A stretch of DNA of 64,000 nucleotides, from IMG/VR virus record IMGVR_UViG_3300002835_000018. One strand, written 5' to 3'. The notes under the pieces were generated by a model that was not told where the DNA came from, did not search any database, and saw only the letters and a list, made by a program, of their open reading frames with translations. Positions within the stretch are counted from its first letter, which is position 1. Every line of letters begins with the position of its first letter. Shown piece by piece: positions 10,949 through 21,094 of this stretch. The DNA comes from a virus. A program made the position numbers and the translations under genes.

Positions 10949-11048
10949 TAGATAGTTCTTTTTTAAGCAAATTATAAAGCTCCTTTGACCAATCGGCATC
11001 AAAGCCTTTCAGCCAAAGGAGTTCTTCTTTTATATCATCTATTGTCAT
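10905..11048 (-). CDS. Small hypothetical protein (47 aa, not in ORF track)
   Basis: MTIDDIKEELLWLKGFDADWSKELYNLLKKELSIRDIQAQPKEHTES; follows 11059..11445 on the same strand. Confidence 0.4.
   Translation of the reverse strand: MTIDDIKEELLWLKGFDADWSKELYNLLKKELSIRDIQAQPKEHTES
10980..11021. terminator. Inverted repeat at the convergence of the + and - blocks
   Basis: CTCCTTTG...CAAAGGAG followed by a T-rich run; the loop is large, so terminator function is uncertain. Confidence 0.3.
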
Positions 11049-11058
11049 AGATTCGATA

Positions 11059-11445
11059 TTAAGGCACTTCATCTACATTACCGCCCTTGTACTTAGACCA
11101 ACCATTATGCGAGCCGTATGACCCATTTTCACGGTCTGGCTTGCCATTAGCATCAAGCTTACGAATTGGAAAAATTCCAGAACCGTCTTGCTTTTGACCA
11201 AAGTTTAACCTTGCCCTACATTTTGGATTAGAACAACTCATCTCAAAATATTCATAAAACTTTTTATTTTTTTCTACATTTCTTGTTTTAGGCACAATGT
11301 GTTCTTCACCACAAACACCGCACTTTTCTTCATTGAGCACTTCAGCAAGAGTTGCAATTTCTCTAAAAAGATCTTTTACAGACTCAGATTCAATTTCTAC
11401 AGTGCAAATTTTAAAAGGTACAATAGCCTTCATTACTTTCTCCAA
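11059..11445 (-). CDS. Zinc-ribbon hypothetical protein
   Basis: CGVC...CSNPKC motifs. Confidence 0.6.
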   Translation of the reverse strand: MEKVMKAIVPFKICTVEIESESVKDLFREIATLAEVLNEEKCGVCGEEHIVPKTRNVEKNKKFYEYFEMSCSNPKCRARLNFGQKQDGSGIFPIRKLDANGKPDRENGSYGSHNGWSKYKGGNVDEVP

Positions 11446-12125
11446 TTGGGGTTATAACCCTTATACTTAGGGTTAATCGATGCATTATTACGCTGAAGCT
11501 CAGATAGATGGGCTATGATAGCCACTGCTGACCTATAAGGAACTTCCTCCAACCTACCACTAAAGCTGAAGCTTTTTGAGTCACCCAAATAAACAGGAAC
11601 ATTGATATCGTTCCTATTACACAGAGTTTCGATAAAACTCATTTGAGTAGCTGTTATTTTTCCGTTAGACCCGTTTTCTTCGGCTGGAACAAGGCCAGCT
11701 TCTTCCGCTGCAATTATTTTGCGTAGTCTAAGTAATTTTCTTAATGCTCTTCCTTCGGCCCTAGTTTCTGCAACCGCTGATGCAAATACTGCAAACCTTG
11801 GATCACAATTTCCAGCATAACAATCTGCTAGGCTTGTTTGCTCAAATGTTAAGTCAGAGCCATTTAAGGATTTAACTATAACAGTGTATGATACTACACA
11901 TCGCCCATCGTTATCTGGATTGGGTGATTGGACAATATTTGCTTTTCCAGAGATGATTGGCCCAATTAAAAGTTCAGCAACTCGCCTTAATCCATCTACA
12001 GTTGGATTTCCATCAACTAGCTCATCTTGCTGAAAATGTGAAAGAACATGTTCGTTCCATTCGGGGCTGTTGCTGTTAATTTTTTCTTCTACCACTTGCA
12101 ATTCTTCTGCTACTTTCTTAACCAT
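11433..12125 (-). CDS. Putative single-strand annealing protein (Rad52/Sak-like)
   Basis: GLRRVAELL...AVAETRAEGRALRKLL motif, with a C-terminal ITATQMSFI helical domain. Confidence 0.45.
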   Translation of the reverse strand: MVKKVAEELQVVEEKINSNSPEWNEHVLSHFQQDELVDGNPTVDGLRRVAELLIGPIISGKANIVQSPNPDNDGRCVVSYTVIVKSLNGSDLTFEQTSLADCYAGNCDPRFAVFASAVAETRAEGRALRKLLRLRKIIAAEEAGLVPAEENGSNGKITATQMSFIETLCNRNDINVPVYLGDSKSFSFSGRLEEVPYRSAVAIIAHLSELQRNNASINPKYKGYNPNWRK

Positions 12126-12127
12126 TT

Positions 12128-12892
12128 TTACTCCAGTTCGTATAATCCTTCCAATGATCCTTCTTTTATCAATTCTAGCGTATCAAGAAGTTTTTTCAAG
12201 ATAGTTCTCATATAAAAGCCAGAACTGTTACCGCTTATGTTTTTTATTCTTATTAACTTCATTCCAGAATTCAATAGCAATCCAGTTTTTTTAGTGTCAC
12301 TTTTTAATTGTTTTTCATATTTTTCCGTTCCCCAAATAGCCTTAAAGTGTGTTGGGCCATCAACTTCTATCCCTACTTTATATTCGGGAATATAAATGTC
12401 GATATGTTGTCTTTCGCCTATCACATAGAATTCTTTATGGAAATCTGCTTTAATTTTATTTTGTCTTATTCCGTTAATTAAAAACTTTTCAAGCTTAGAA
12501 CCATTTTCAGCAGCTTCTCTAACTGATTCTGCTGCTTTTTTTTGCATTTCTTCAATTTTACTTAAAGGCATAGCCTCCCAATTTTTCTTAGAAACAATCG
12601 ACCTTCTTTCTCTTTCATTCTTGTCCATTGATTCCCAAGAATTGGCCATAGAGTCACTTATCTTTATCTTCGTTTCTTCTGTTAGCTTTTTACCTTTAGT
12701 TGGATGAAAACATCTTCCTGTTGCTAAAGCTTTTGCTTGAGCTTCTGACTTATCTCTTAATGGTATACCAAATGAAACTAATGCCCTTCTTATTTTGTTG
12801 GGATAAGTCTCTGAAACTTCCGCTATTTCATAAGTTGATTGTTGTAATTCAACATAATGTTTATGCAAAAATTCATATGTTAACTTTTTCAT
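12128..12892 (-). CDS. DUF559/Vsr-like endonuclease with NUMOD3-like DNA-binding region
   Basis: KGKKLTEETKIKIS; IDIYIPEYKVGIEVDGPTH. Confidence 0.65.
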   Translation of the reverse strand: MKKLTYEFLHKHYVELQQSTYEIAEVSETYPNKIRRALVSFGIPLRDKSEAQAKALATGRCFHPTKGKKLTEETKIKISDSMANSWESMDKNERERRSIVSKKNWEAMPLSKIEEMQKKAAESVREAAENGSKLEKFLINGIRQNKIKADFHKEFYVIGERQHIDIYIPEYKVGIEVDGPTHFKAIWGTEKYEKQLKSDTKKTGLLLNSGMKLIRIKNISGNSSGFYMRTILKKLLDTLELIKEGSLEGLYELE

Positions 12893-13325
12893 GTTTTTTC
12901 CCCACTATGTTATCTAAGTCAAAGTTATAAGCTATTCTAGCTTTAATGTTCCATGAATCATATATCGATTTACTATGATCTTCACTTCTTGCAATAAGTT
13001 CTATTCTCTTATTAGCATAAATGTTTTTGATGTCTTCATACTCATGCACACCGTAAACCCATTCTAAATCCCACACATAAAAATATACGATTTTAATCTT
13101 TGGGTTCAACAACATACTTTTAGCAGAGTATAGGCATGTAGCCACATGATAATCGGCATTTGAATACCACATGTCATAATATGTAAGTATACTAAAGCCA
13201 AAGCTTTTATTAAGAAACATTTCTTTGTTTGAATATACTACAATGTTGTGTTTTGAACATTGATTTCTTATATCAAAAAGAAGCTGATCTCTTTTAATTT
13301 TATTTACAGCAATTGCTATTTCCAC
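12873..13325 (-). CDS. Hypothetical protein, possibly a degenerate glycosyltransferase domain
   Basis: YFYVWDLEW motif; lies in the glyco cluster. Confidence 0.4.
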   Translation of the reverse strand: MEIAIAVNKIKRDQLLFDIRNQCSKHNIVVYSNKEMFLNKSFGFSILTYYDMWYSNADYHVATCLYSAKSMLLNPKIKIVYFYVWDLEWVYGVHEYEDIKNIYANKRIELIARSEDHSKSIYDSWNIKARIAYNFDLDNIVGKKHEKVNI

Positions 13326-14034
13326 TAAACAATTCCTCTCTTACTATTCCTGTTGTATTAACAGAAGAGTTTAATCTTATGTGGTCCTTCATTACAGCAC
13401 ATATGCCTTCATGTTTTTCTTTTGGTGCTAAAATAATCATTGTGTTCTCATCCATCTTTCCACCCCAAGCACCAGACAATCTACAATCAGAATAAATCTT
13501 GTAAATAAATTCATTTGCAGAATTTGGATCTAATTGAGTTTTTATTCTCCAATAAGAATCTATTAACTTTCCCATAAATTTAAAGTCATTGTCTATATAT
13601 GCATTATAAGCATCATCCACCATTTTATGAATAATTCCAATATTAAAATTTTCTATTGGTTTTACTTTACTGTATTTAAAATATTTTCTTCTTATGTGAA
13701 ATATTAACAGTTTATTAAAAAAATCGCTAGAGCTATCTATTTCGACATTATTCCATATTGTTGAAGATTTATTTATACAATTAAATTTTCCGAATATAGA
13801 TGTGTAACAAGAAGGGAAATCATCAGAATCTATCAAATTTAACATTTTTGATTTTGCTGTACTATAATTTTTAAAACATCTTTTATAAAAGTCTTTTGTT
13901 TTTTTGTCTATAAAGAAAGATTTAACATTTCCAAATTTGCTTAAGTAACTAAAATTACACGATGAAAAAATCATGCATTTTGTTGAATACTCTCCAATTA
14001 TAGAAATTGGTTTTGGTACTTTATATATTATCAT
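13300..14034 (-). CDS. Degenerate GHMP sugar-kinase-like protein (HddA-like)
   Basis: C-terminal GKLIDSYWRIK...NEFIYKIY...GAWGGK matches the GHMP C-terminal region, but the Gly-rich loops are missing. Confidence 0.55.
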   Translation of the reverse strand: MIIYKVPKPISIIGEYSTKCMIFSSCNFSYLSKFGNVKSFFIDKKTKDFYKRCFKNYSTAKSKMLNLIDSDDFPSCYTSIFGKFNCINKSSTIWNNVEIDSSSDFFNKLLIFHIRRKYFKYSKVKPIENFNIGIIHKMVDDAYNAYIDNDFKFMGKLIDSYWRIKTQLDPNSANEFIYKIYSDCRLSGAWGGKMDENTMIILAPKEKHEGICAVMKDHIRLNSSVNTTGIVREELFSGNSNCCK

Positions 14035-14723
14035 TAATTTTCCAAGATTTTATCTATTAATTCTAGGTCTATTGTTTCAAGATGTTCTTTTGGATCAGGA
14101 TCTTTTGGTTCTAAATAAAAACATTCGTGTTCTGAAAACAATGTTTCTTTATTATCTAATGAATCAACTGTTGATTGTGTTATATAATCTATGTTTTTCT
14201 CAGGATAGTTTTCAGTATATATTGGGTGTTTTTTACACTCATTAGCTAAAAAACTACAGAAGTTTGAAGAGTACTCACTTATTGCCTCTTGAACATATAA
14301 CGGCACTAAGTACGACCTCATTTGCACAACTTTATCGTCTTGTATTTGATCGCAAAATGATTTAAAGGATTTGCCATAACATATTGATCTTGGGCTTATG
14401 TAAATTCTTTTATTGGAAGAAAATTTTTCACAAATTGCATAAGCAAGTTTTTTGCTTTTTCTTATAGAGTCTATTTTATAATGTTCTAAAAGTGCAGCAT
14501 TATTTATTTTTATTATTTTTGGACATATTCTTGCAACATAATTATACATTTCTTTTGCTATGTCACCACATTCCCCATCGTCTATAGCTATCACATTATA
14601 TTCGTTATTATTTAGTTCTTCAGATATCCACCATAAAGACTTTTTAATAACATCTGGAGATTGGCCATATCCTAATAAAATGCTTAATATTTCTTTGTTA
14701 GATCCATCGCAACATTGGTACAT
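14034..14723 (-). CDS. Hypothetical protein, degenerate GT-A-like
   Basis: YNVIAIDDG motif. Confidence 0.35.
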   Translation of the reverse strand: MYQCCDGSNKEILSILLGYGQSPDVIKKSLWWISEELNNNEYNVIAIDDGECGDIAKEMYNYVARICPKIIKINNAALLEHYKIDSIRKSKKLAYAICEKFSSNKRIYISPRSICYGKSFKSFCDQIQDDKVVQMRSYLVPLYVQEAISEYSSNFCSFLANECKKHPIYTENYPEKNIDYITQSTVDSLDNKETLFSEHECFYLEPKDPDPKEHLETIDLELIDKILEN

Positions 14724-15562
14724 TTTATTGAATCCTCCTTAAGTCCTATAGCATCTAGTATAACTGAAACCCTGTGGTGTGACAAATGATTATTTTTTAT
14801 AAATTCCGAATTGGTTTTTATATTTTCGTATGCTATTTCTGGATTTCTAATTATGTTCAAAAGATTTTCAAAAAAAGATTCTTCGTCTGAAAAACATAAA
14901 GATTTATCTTTTAAAACATTTTTTAACCATGTGCTTTTATAAGAAACTATTGGTCTATTACATAGATATGTATATAGTGGCCAGCTTTTATTGTTTAAAT
15001 CATCTAAATATAAAGATGTTGTTGAAGAACATATTGCATCTTTTATTTTGTCTGGTTTAATTTTTCCCAAATATGTTGTAAAAGGCCACTTTGTATTTCC
15101 CCAACATTTAACCCTAAACATAGAAAAACACTTTGAAAGAATGTACTCTTTTACATAGTCGCCTATGTAGCATATGTCAGATATCATATTTATATTTGTT
15201 TTTGGTTTTAATGACAGATAAAGATCGCAAGATTCTTCTACAAACATGCAATTTAAATTTTCATTTTTTGAAATGTAAAAAACATTTAGTTTATCTTTGA
15301 GTTTTTCCTTGTCTTCTTCTGAATCAATAAAAACAAATGTTTTACAGTATTCATTTCCAACAATAGCTTTGCATGATGCCCTGTTTAATAGTGCTGCATG
15401 GGTTATAAATATGGAAGGTTTTTTTTCTTCAAAAGCATCAATTATTGCTTTTTCTTTCCTATTCAAAAAAAAGAAATCATGACCTATTGAGGAAAATGCT
15501 TTACCCCATCCAAACATTTCTTTTTCATCCAATGGATATTCCATGTCACACAGAACATTCAT
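14684..15562 (-). CDS. CgeB-like (GT-B) glycosyltransferase-like protein
   Basis: SDICYIG, CWGNTKWP, and C-terminal FIKNNHLSHHRV pattern. Confidence 0.5.
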   Translation of the reverse strand: MNVLCDMEYPLDEKEMFGWGKAFSSIGHDFFFLNRKEKAIIDAFEEKKPSIFITHAALLNRASCKAIVGNEYCKTFVFIDSEEDKEKLKDKLNVFYISKNENLNCMFVEESCDLYLSLKPKTNINMISDICYIGDYVKEYILSKCFSMFRVKCWGNTKWPFTTYLGKIKPDKIKDAICSSTTSLYLDDLNNKSWPLYTYLCNRPIVSYKSTWLKNVLKDKSLCFSDEESFFENLLNIIRNPEIAYENIKTNSEFIKNNHLSHHRVSVILDAIGLKEDSIKCTNVAMDLTKKY

Positions 15563-16249
15563 TTAAATTCTCCTTACAAGCTTTTTAGCTCTAGCTATAT
15601 CTTTAGATGTATCTATTTCAACAAGCTTCCACTTCTTGTTTATTTGTGGCTTTATAATACCACCCATATCTATCACATCATTAAGTATTTCAAAAGAGAA
15701 TTTTTTTTCAGATCTTTCTAGAACAATCATTTTTTTAAAGAACTCCATTTCTTTTCCTATTAAACAAACTATTTGGCCCCATTTGGGATTTAAGCCATAA
15801 CAGAAATTAGTTATTTGGCCTTCTACTATGTTAACGCCAACTTCAGAAGATCTTTGATTTATGTTTGTATCAATAGCAATCCAAGATGAGTTTTTTGGCA
15901 TTGTGTTAAATATTTCACCAGTGAAAACCAAATCGCCATTGACTATTAAAATCTTTTTGCAATGACATTTATCCAATGCTATTTTAATTGAAAGACAAAC
16001 ATTGGAGCTTTTATACCTTTTATTCTCAACACAAACAATGTCTTGATCAACTATTTCAAATATTTTTTCTTTTTGAAAACCACAGACTACAATTATTTTT
16101 GATTTTGGAAAAAAGTTTCTTAAAATTTTAATTTGTCTGCTTAAAACTGTTTCTTCTTTGTCTATGCGTATTGATGCTTTGGGGCCATATGCCTTCATTC
16201 TTTTGCCAAGACCAGCAACTGGTATAATAATACATATATCATTTGTCAT
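15563..16249 (-). CDS. Sugar/phosphocholine nucleotidyltransferase (LicC/NTP_transf_3-like)
   Basis: IIPVAGLGKRMK..GPK, NGDLVF, EIDTSKDI. Confidence 0.8.
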   Translation of the reverse strand: MTNDICIIIPVAGLGKRMKAYGPKASIRIDKEETVLSRQIKILRNFFPKSKIIVVCGFQKEKIFEIVDQDIVCVENKRYKSSNVCLSIKIALDKCHCKKILIVNGDLVFTGEIFNTMPKNSSWIAIDTNINQRSSEVGVNIVEGQITNFCYGLNPKWGQIVCLIGKEMEFFKKMIVLERSEKKFSFEILNDVIDMGGIIKPQINKKWKLVEIDTSKDIARAKKLVRRI

Positions 16250-17021
16250 TTTTTATTTTTTCTAATATTCTTCGCCAGTTTTTAGACCAAACTTCCTCAG
16301 AAACAACATTGGTAGAATTATAACTTCCTGTCCTAACGATTGTAAAATTTTTTGGAATATGATAAGCAATAAAATGCTTAGACATTCTTATCCAAAGATC
16401 CCAATCTTCTGCAACACGCATAGTCTCATCAAAAAGTCCTATTTTTTCAAAAACATATTTAGGAACTAAATTGCACGATGGCATTATACATTCTTGTAAT
16501 ATTTTTTCAGAACAAAAAGCTTCTTTGTGCTGTTGAAAACTTATATTGTTTTCACAATCAAAATTTATATAATCGCAATATACAGCACCAATTGATCCCC
16601 ATCCACTAATTAAAGCATACAAGCTTTCTTTTAATTTTCCGCTTATGTGCATATCGTCAGAATCTAAAAACGAATAAACATCAGTATTTTCCCAATAAAA
16701 CTTTATGCCTATGTTTCTTGCAGCAGATGGTCCTCTGCACTCATTACAAGCTATTAGTGTTATTTCAACATCTGTTTTTTTATATTTGCCTGTTATACCA
16801 GATATTCCAGATGATTCAGAAGCTTTTGGATCTGATAAAAGACCATAAACTTTTCTGGCTGATCCATCGGTAGAACCATCATCTACAACAACTATCCTTT
16901 TATTAGAATAGTCATCATAAACAACGCTATCAATAGCATCCTCTATCCATCTACCATAATTGTGATTTGGTATTACTATGGATATTAGTGGTTTTTCATG
17001 CAAGGACATACTTCTTCGCAT
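16239..17021 (-). CDS. Glycosyltransferase family 2
   Basis: ISIVIPNHN, VVDDGSTD, GPSAARN, FLDSDD, EDWDLW. Confidence 0.9.
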   Translation of the reverse strand: MRRSMSLHEKPLISIVIPNHNYGRWIEDAIDSVVYDDYSNKRIVVVDDGSTDGSARKVYGLLSDPKASESSGISGITGKYKKTDVEITLIACNECRGPSAARNIGIKFYWENTDVYSFLDSDDMHISGKLKESLYALISGWGSIGAVYCDYINFDCENNISFQQHKEAFCSEKILQECIMPSCNLVPKYVFEKIGLFDETMRVAEDWDLWIRMSKHFIAYHIPKNFTIVRTGSYNSTNVVSEEVWSKNWRRILEKIKNDK

Positions 17022-17812
17022 TTCTTAAGTAGGTGCATCAAATCGCTTTGAACTGCAAGATAATTCAACTTTTCTAAAAAGGTGTGTGCTGGTTTATCAT
17101 CTTCTTCCTCAATGAAAGCTTCTTCATTGCCCCTTAGTGCATTAAAAGCATATGTTTGATAAACAGAGCCATTTCCTTCTTCATCAACCCCATGAAGCAC
17201 AATGAATCTTTTCATCTGATCACAAATAGCTTCATCAATCTCTTTAACGAAAGCTTTGGGTATATCAAATCCACAATTAAAAAGTGCAAAATATGTAGAC
17301 TTACTATTTTGAACAGAGACATTTATTGCTCTAGATCCCAACCAATATTCATCTATTATTTGTTTTATGTTCCATTTAAATGTACAGTTTAATTTATGAA
17401 TCATGGATATAATTTCTGATGGCTTTATACCTGATGAAACACAAAAAATAACTTCGTAAAATTGAACATCTTGATCGGATATTTGCTGAATTGTTTTCTT
17501 TAAATCTTCCATGTTTTCATTAAATACATTTATAACGGCAGCAATTTTGGGCGACATTTGCTTTCTAGTTAGTTTCATACTTTCTTTAACATCTTGATTA
17601 GCAGCAATCATAGATGACTTAGTTCTATAAGCCATACAAGCATGTTTTTCTAGAACAAAAAATTCTTTTTCATCATCATAAGATTCTGTTATTGTAATAT
17701 TGTTTTCTTTAAGTTTTTCCAACTTATTAAAATGACAACCAATTTGAGTTTTTTCAGACTCTTCATAAATTGCATAAAAACAATTTTTACAGCTTGTGTG
17801 CAAATTACTCAC
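16985..17812 (-). CDS. Hypothetical protein with Cys motifs and degenerate GT-A-like region
   Basis: N-terminal SCKNC...GC; lies in the glyco cluster. Confidence 0.4.
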   Translation of the reverse strand: MSNLHTSCKNCFYAIYEESEKTQIGCHFNKLEKLKENNITITESYDDEKEFFVLEKHACMAYRTKSSMIAANQDVKESMKLTRKQMSPKIAAVINVFNENMEDLKKTIQQISDQDVQFYEVIFCVSSGIKPSEIISMIHKLNCTFKWNIKQIIDEYWLGSRAINVSVQNSKSTYFALFNCGFDIPKAFVKEIDEAICDQMKRFIVLHGVDEEGNGSVYQTYAFNALRGNEEAFIEEEDDKPAHTFLEKLNYLAVQSDLMHLLKKCEEVCPCMKNH

Positions 17813-18279
17813 TTAACTCTCCTAACTTTAATATATGAAATAAAACCGTCTATTTTACAATATTCTATCTTAGAACCAATGGATAAAAAAAACTTCTTTA
17901 ATTCAATCAATGAAGATCCAGATTTAAAAAATTGCCAACCTTCATTTTGCTCGCCATAAATAAGTTTCTTTGCATCTAAAACATCTAATTGTCCAGAGGT
18001 TAAAGCCCTACATATCTCTACAAAATCAAAAAAGGATATGACAATTGTACCATCGTATTTTAATTTTTTGTACCAATTAATTAAAACATCTTTTGTTTTG
18101 TTAAATTCAATATAATTTAAAACATTAACAGCTAATATTTCATCTGCTTCACCATCATCTACAATCGAATCTAAATTCTCAGGATGACAATTTTCAAATT
18201 TATCATTTTTAACAAAATTGGTATTAACATATCCATTTAGATATTCGTTTGAGTTTCCAAAACAAATGTTTATTTTCAT
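17809..18279 (-). CDS. Methyltransferase-like protein
   Basis: KINICFG..YLNGYVN, ADEILAVNVLNYI, WYKKLKYDG. Confidence 0.6.
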   Translation of the reverse strand: MKINICFGNSNEYLNGYVNTNFVKNDKFENCHPENLDSIVDDGEADEILAVNVLNYIEFNKTKDVLINWYKKLKYDGTIVISFFDFVEICRALTSGQLDVLDAKKLIYGEQNEGWQFFKSGSSLIELKKFFLSIGSKIEYCKIDGFISYIKVRRVK

Positions 18280-18280
18280 T

Positions 18281-19261
18281 TTATTTACCTAAAGATCTAC
18301 CTAAAACATAATCCCATTTTTGCGTAAATACACTCAAAGAAAATTTATCAATAATTGTTTGTCTAGCATTCTTTCCAATCTCTCTACACATGTCTGGATT
18401 TTTTAAACAAACTTCTAAATTTTTTCTAATTTCATCTTTGTCATTTGAAATAAAACCATTTTTGCCATTTTCTATAAATGATTCTATCATTTCGTTTTTA
18501 GTAGTAACAACACAACACCCACAAGACATAGCTTCAAGCAAGGTAGTTGGAACTGGACTATGTATAGAGGTATTTAAAAATATAGAGTTTCTGTTATAGA
18601 TGTCAATAAGTTCTTCTGTATTTTTAGCTGGCTTAGAAAAGTTGGGCGTATCACCAGCTACATAGACTGGAAGATCTTTTGTTACTTCTTTCCAGAGTGT
18701 AAAACCACATTCATAATCTCTATTTATCCAATCGTTTACAATACTTAATACTTGATTTTCTCTTTTTATATTTTTGTTGTGAAATATAGAACTGTTTATT
18801 CCATGATCAATAACATAATATGCATAATCTGCTTCCCATGTTTTAGCAGAATAATCAGATATAAATATGTTTGTGTCACCAATCATATGTTTAAATTTTT
18901 TTCTGTCTTCAAACATTTCAGTGTGCTCAATGCAAACAAGTGGAATGCTTAAATACTTTGCTATTTCAAAAGCTAAATTAAATTGCACAAATTTGCTTTG
19001 AGAAATTATTAAATCAAAATCTATGTATGTTGGTATATCACTTAAAAGTGAGACATTATTTAACATAGTATGATTTTTAGGAATATCTGAAAAATTTAAA
19101 TTCCAAGTTTTAATTTTAGAATTATTGATAACCCAAAAGTTTGCATTAACATCAGCCATATTAGACTGATATCTTTCATGGGTAGAGAATGTTAGAATGT
19201 TAAGTCTTTGACCAGTTTTTCTAGTCGAAGATCTTAATATGTTATTAACATTGTGGTGCAT
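18281..19261 (-). CDS. Glycosyltransferase family 4
   Basis: PTTLLEAMSCGCCVV, ENGKNGF. Confidence 0.85.
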   Translation of the reverse strand: MHHNVNNILRSSTRKTGQRLNILTFSTHERYQSNMADVNANFWVINNSKIKTWNLNFSDIPKNHTMLNNVSLLSDIPTYIDFDLIISQSKFVQFNLAFEIAKYLSIPLVCIEHTEMFEDRKKFKHMIGDTNIFISDYSAKTWEADYAYYVIDHGINSSIFHNKNIKRENQVLSIVNDWINRDYECGFTLWKEVTKDLPVYVAGDTPNFSKPAKNTEELIDIYNRNSIFLNTSIHSPVPTTLLEAMSCGCCVVTTKNEMIESFIENGKNGFISNDKDEIRKNLEVCLKNPDMCREIGKNARQTIIDKFSLSVFTQKWDYVLGRSLGK

Positions 19262-20007
19262 TATTCACCAAGCTGTTCTATTATATATTTAATAAGGCCA
19301 TGTCTTTGAACATCTTCAGATGTCAAGAATACCTTACCAATATCATTGTGGTCAAGCCTATCAAGCAACCAATTCATTGTATTTCCTTCTGAATGCGGTA
19401 AATCCGTTTGAGTATGATCGCCACAAATAATAACCTTTGATTCTTGCCCAAATCTAGTAAGAAACATTTTTAATTGTCTTCTAGTAGCATTTTGTGCTTC
19501 ATCTAAAATAATTACAGAGTTGTGGAATGTTCTTCCCCTCATTATTTCCAATGGGCATATTTCCAAAACTTCATCGGTTTTTATTTTACGCATTTTTGTT
19601 TTGGTCATAAACTTACCAAATACTTCAAGCATAGCTGTCATAAATGGTTCTGTTTTTTCTTTTAAATCTCCAGGGAACGCACCAAGTCTTTGGCCACATT
19701 CAACTAAAGGTCTAGCAATAATTATTTTTTCTATCTTTAAATCGATAAGCATTTCTGCTGCTATTCCACAAGCTATATATGTTTTTCCTGTTCCAGCAAC
19801 ACCAGAACATATGGTTACTGTTTTGCTGTATACTGAATTCATATATGTTTCTTGATTTTTTGTTTTTGGTTTTAATTTATTGCTATTGGCACTTTCTTTT
19901 TGCTCATCAGCAGACTTATCCCTTTCATCTCTCCAAGAAATAGTTTTTTCTAATTCTGCATTATTAGCTTCTTCTAACCAGTTCTGTTTTCTTTTCTTTT
20001 GTGACAT
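19261..20007 (-). CDS. phoH: PhoH-family ATPase
   Basis: GVAGTGKT, LGAFPGD, MRGRTF, ILDEAQN, GDHTQTD. Confidence 0.95.
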   Translation of the reverse strand: MSQKKRKQNWLEEANNAELEKTISWRDERDKSADEQKESANSNKLKPKTKNQETYMNSVYSKTVTICSGVAGTGKTYIACGIAAEMLIDLKIEKIIIARPLVECGQRLGAFPGDLKEKTEPFMTAMLEVFGKFMTKTKMRKIKTDEVLEICPLEIMRGRTFHNSVIILDEAQNATRRQLKMFLTRFGQESKVIICGDHTQTDLPHSEGNTMNWLLDRLDHNDIGKVFLTSEDVQRHGLIKYIIEQLGE

Positions 20008-21094
20008 TTTTTAATACCTCAAGAAAGATTGAACCCACTTTTTCATGGGAGAATTCGTAAGCACGATCTAAAGCATTTGCAGCTTTTGACCTCCTAATTC
20101 CTTCCTTTGCGTAACACTCTCTCATCTTTCTCTTTAAATCCAGTATATCTACTGAAAACCAATTTTCACCAGATGTATATATATCATCTGTTTGTTTATC
20201 AGCAGCAAATACTGGTTCCTCAAAACCATTAACTAACCAACCAACAGATTCATCTATATATTCAAGATATCCAGTGCAATTAGTGACAATTGGAGTTTTA
20301 CCAAAAGCCATTGCATCAAAAGCTGGTATACCCCAAGCTTCACCATAAGACGGTTGCACAAAAGCATCACATGTATAATGAAGTCTATTTATGTCTTCGT
20401 TTGACATTCTTTCTGTAATAGTAACAACTTTTGGTGGATTTTTTATACAAAGACCATCAAGTATTTTTCCACAATAATCATAAAATTCATAAGTTGAATT
20501 ATTGGTTTTAACCAATAGGCAAACAGGCTCAGATTCAGAAAACTCTGTAAAATAAGCCTTTAACAATGCAGAAAAGTTTTTTCTCTTTGTTGTTTCACCT
20601 ATTGTATAAAATACAAAATCAGAATCTGAAACTTGTGATGTTATGGTTTCAAGTTTTTCATATTTTTCAATGTATCTAGAAAAATCTCTAGCGTGAGGAA
20701 CTACATGCAATGGCGTACTTACTCCACTGCTCAAACAAGAATTAATCATTTGTTTATTTATTACAACATTAGCATCCATTAAGTTTAAATAATTTTTCCA
20801 TCCAGACATTTTAAAGTTGCTGGTTTCATAAGCAAAAAGACCAATGTTGTAGTCAAAATCGCCATTGTACTGCATATGAATTGGCAACATATGTTGAATA
20901 ACAATGTCACAATTTTTTGAACTTTTAGATTCAAGTTTAGCCACTATTGGATTAGGAACATAATCTAAATTATTAAGTTTTAAAGGTCTACAAACAACAT
21001 CAACACCAACAGAATTTAAAGAAAGAATATAATCTTCTGCTGCTTGACCATAACCTGTTCCATCACGATAAACGCCTATATAAAGAACCTTCAT
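19964..21094 (-). CDS. Glycosyltransferase family 4
   Basis: TGYG, RKNFSALLKAY, FVQPSYGEAWGIPAFDAMAFG. Confidence 0.85.
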   Translation of the reverse strand: MKVLYIGVYRDGTGYGQAAEDYILSLNSVGVDVVCRPLKLNNLDYVPNPIVAKLESKSSKNCDIVIQHMLPIHMQYNGDFDYNIGLFAYETSNFKMSGWKNYLNLMDANVVINKQMINSCLSSGVSTPLHVVPHARDFSRYIEKYEKLETITSQVSDSDFVFYTIGETTKRKNFSALLKAYFTEFSESEPVCLLVKTNNSTYEFYDYCGKILDGLCIKNPPKVVTITERMSNEDINRLHYTCDAFVQPSYGEAWGIPAFDAMAFGKTPIVTNCTGYLEYIDESVGWLVNGFEEPVFAADKQTDDIYTSGENWFSVDILDLKRKMRECYAKEGIRRSKAANALDRAYEFSHEKVGSIFLEVLKNVTKEKKTELVRRS

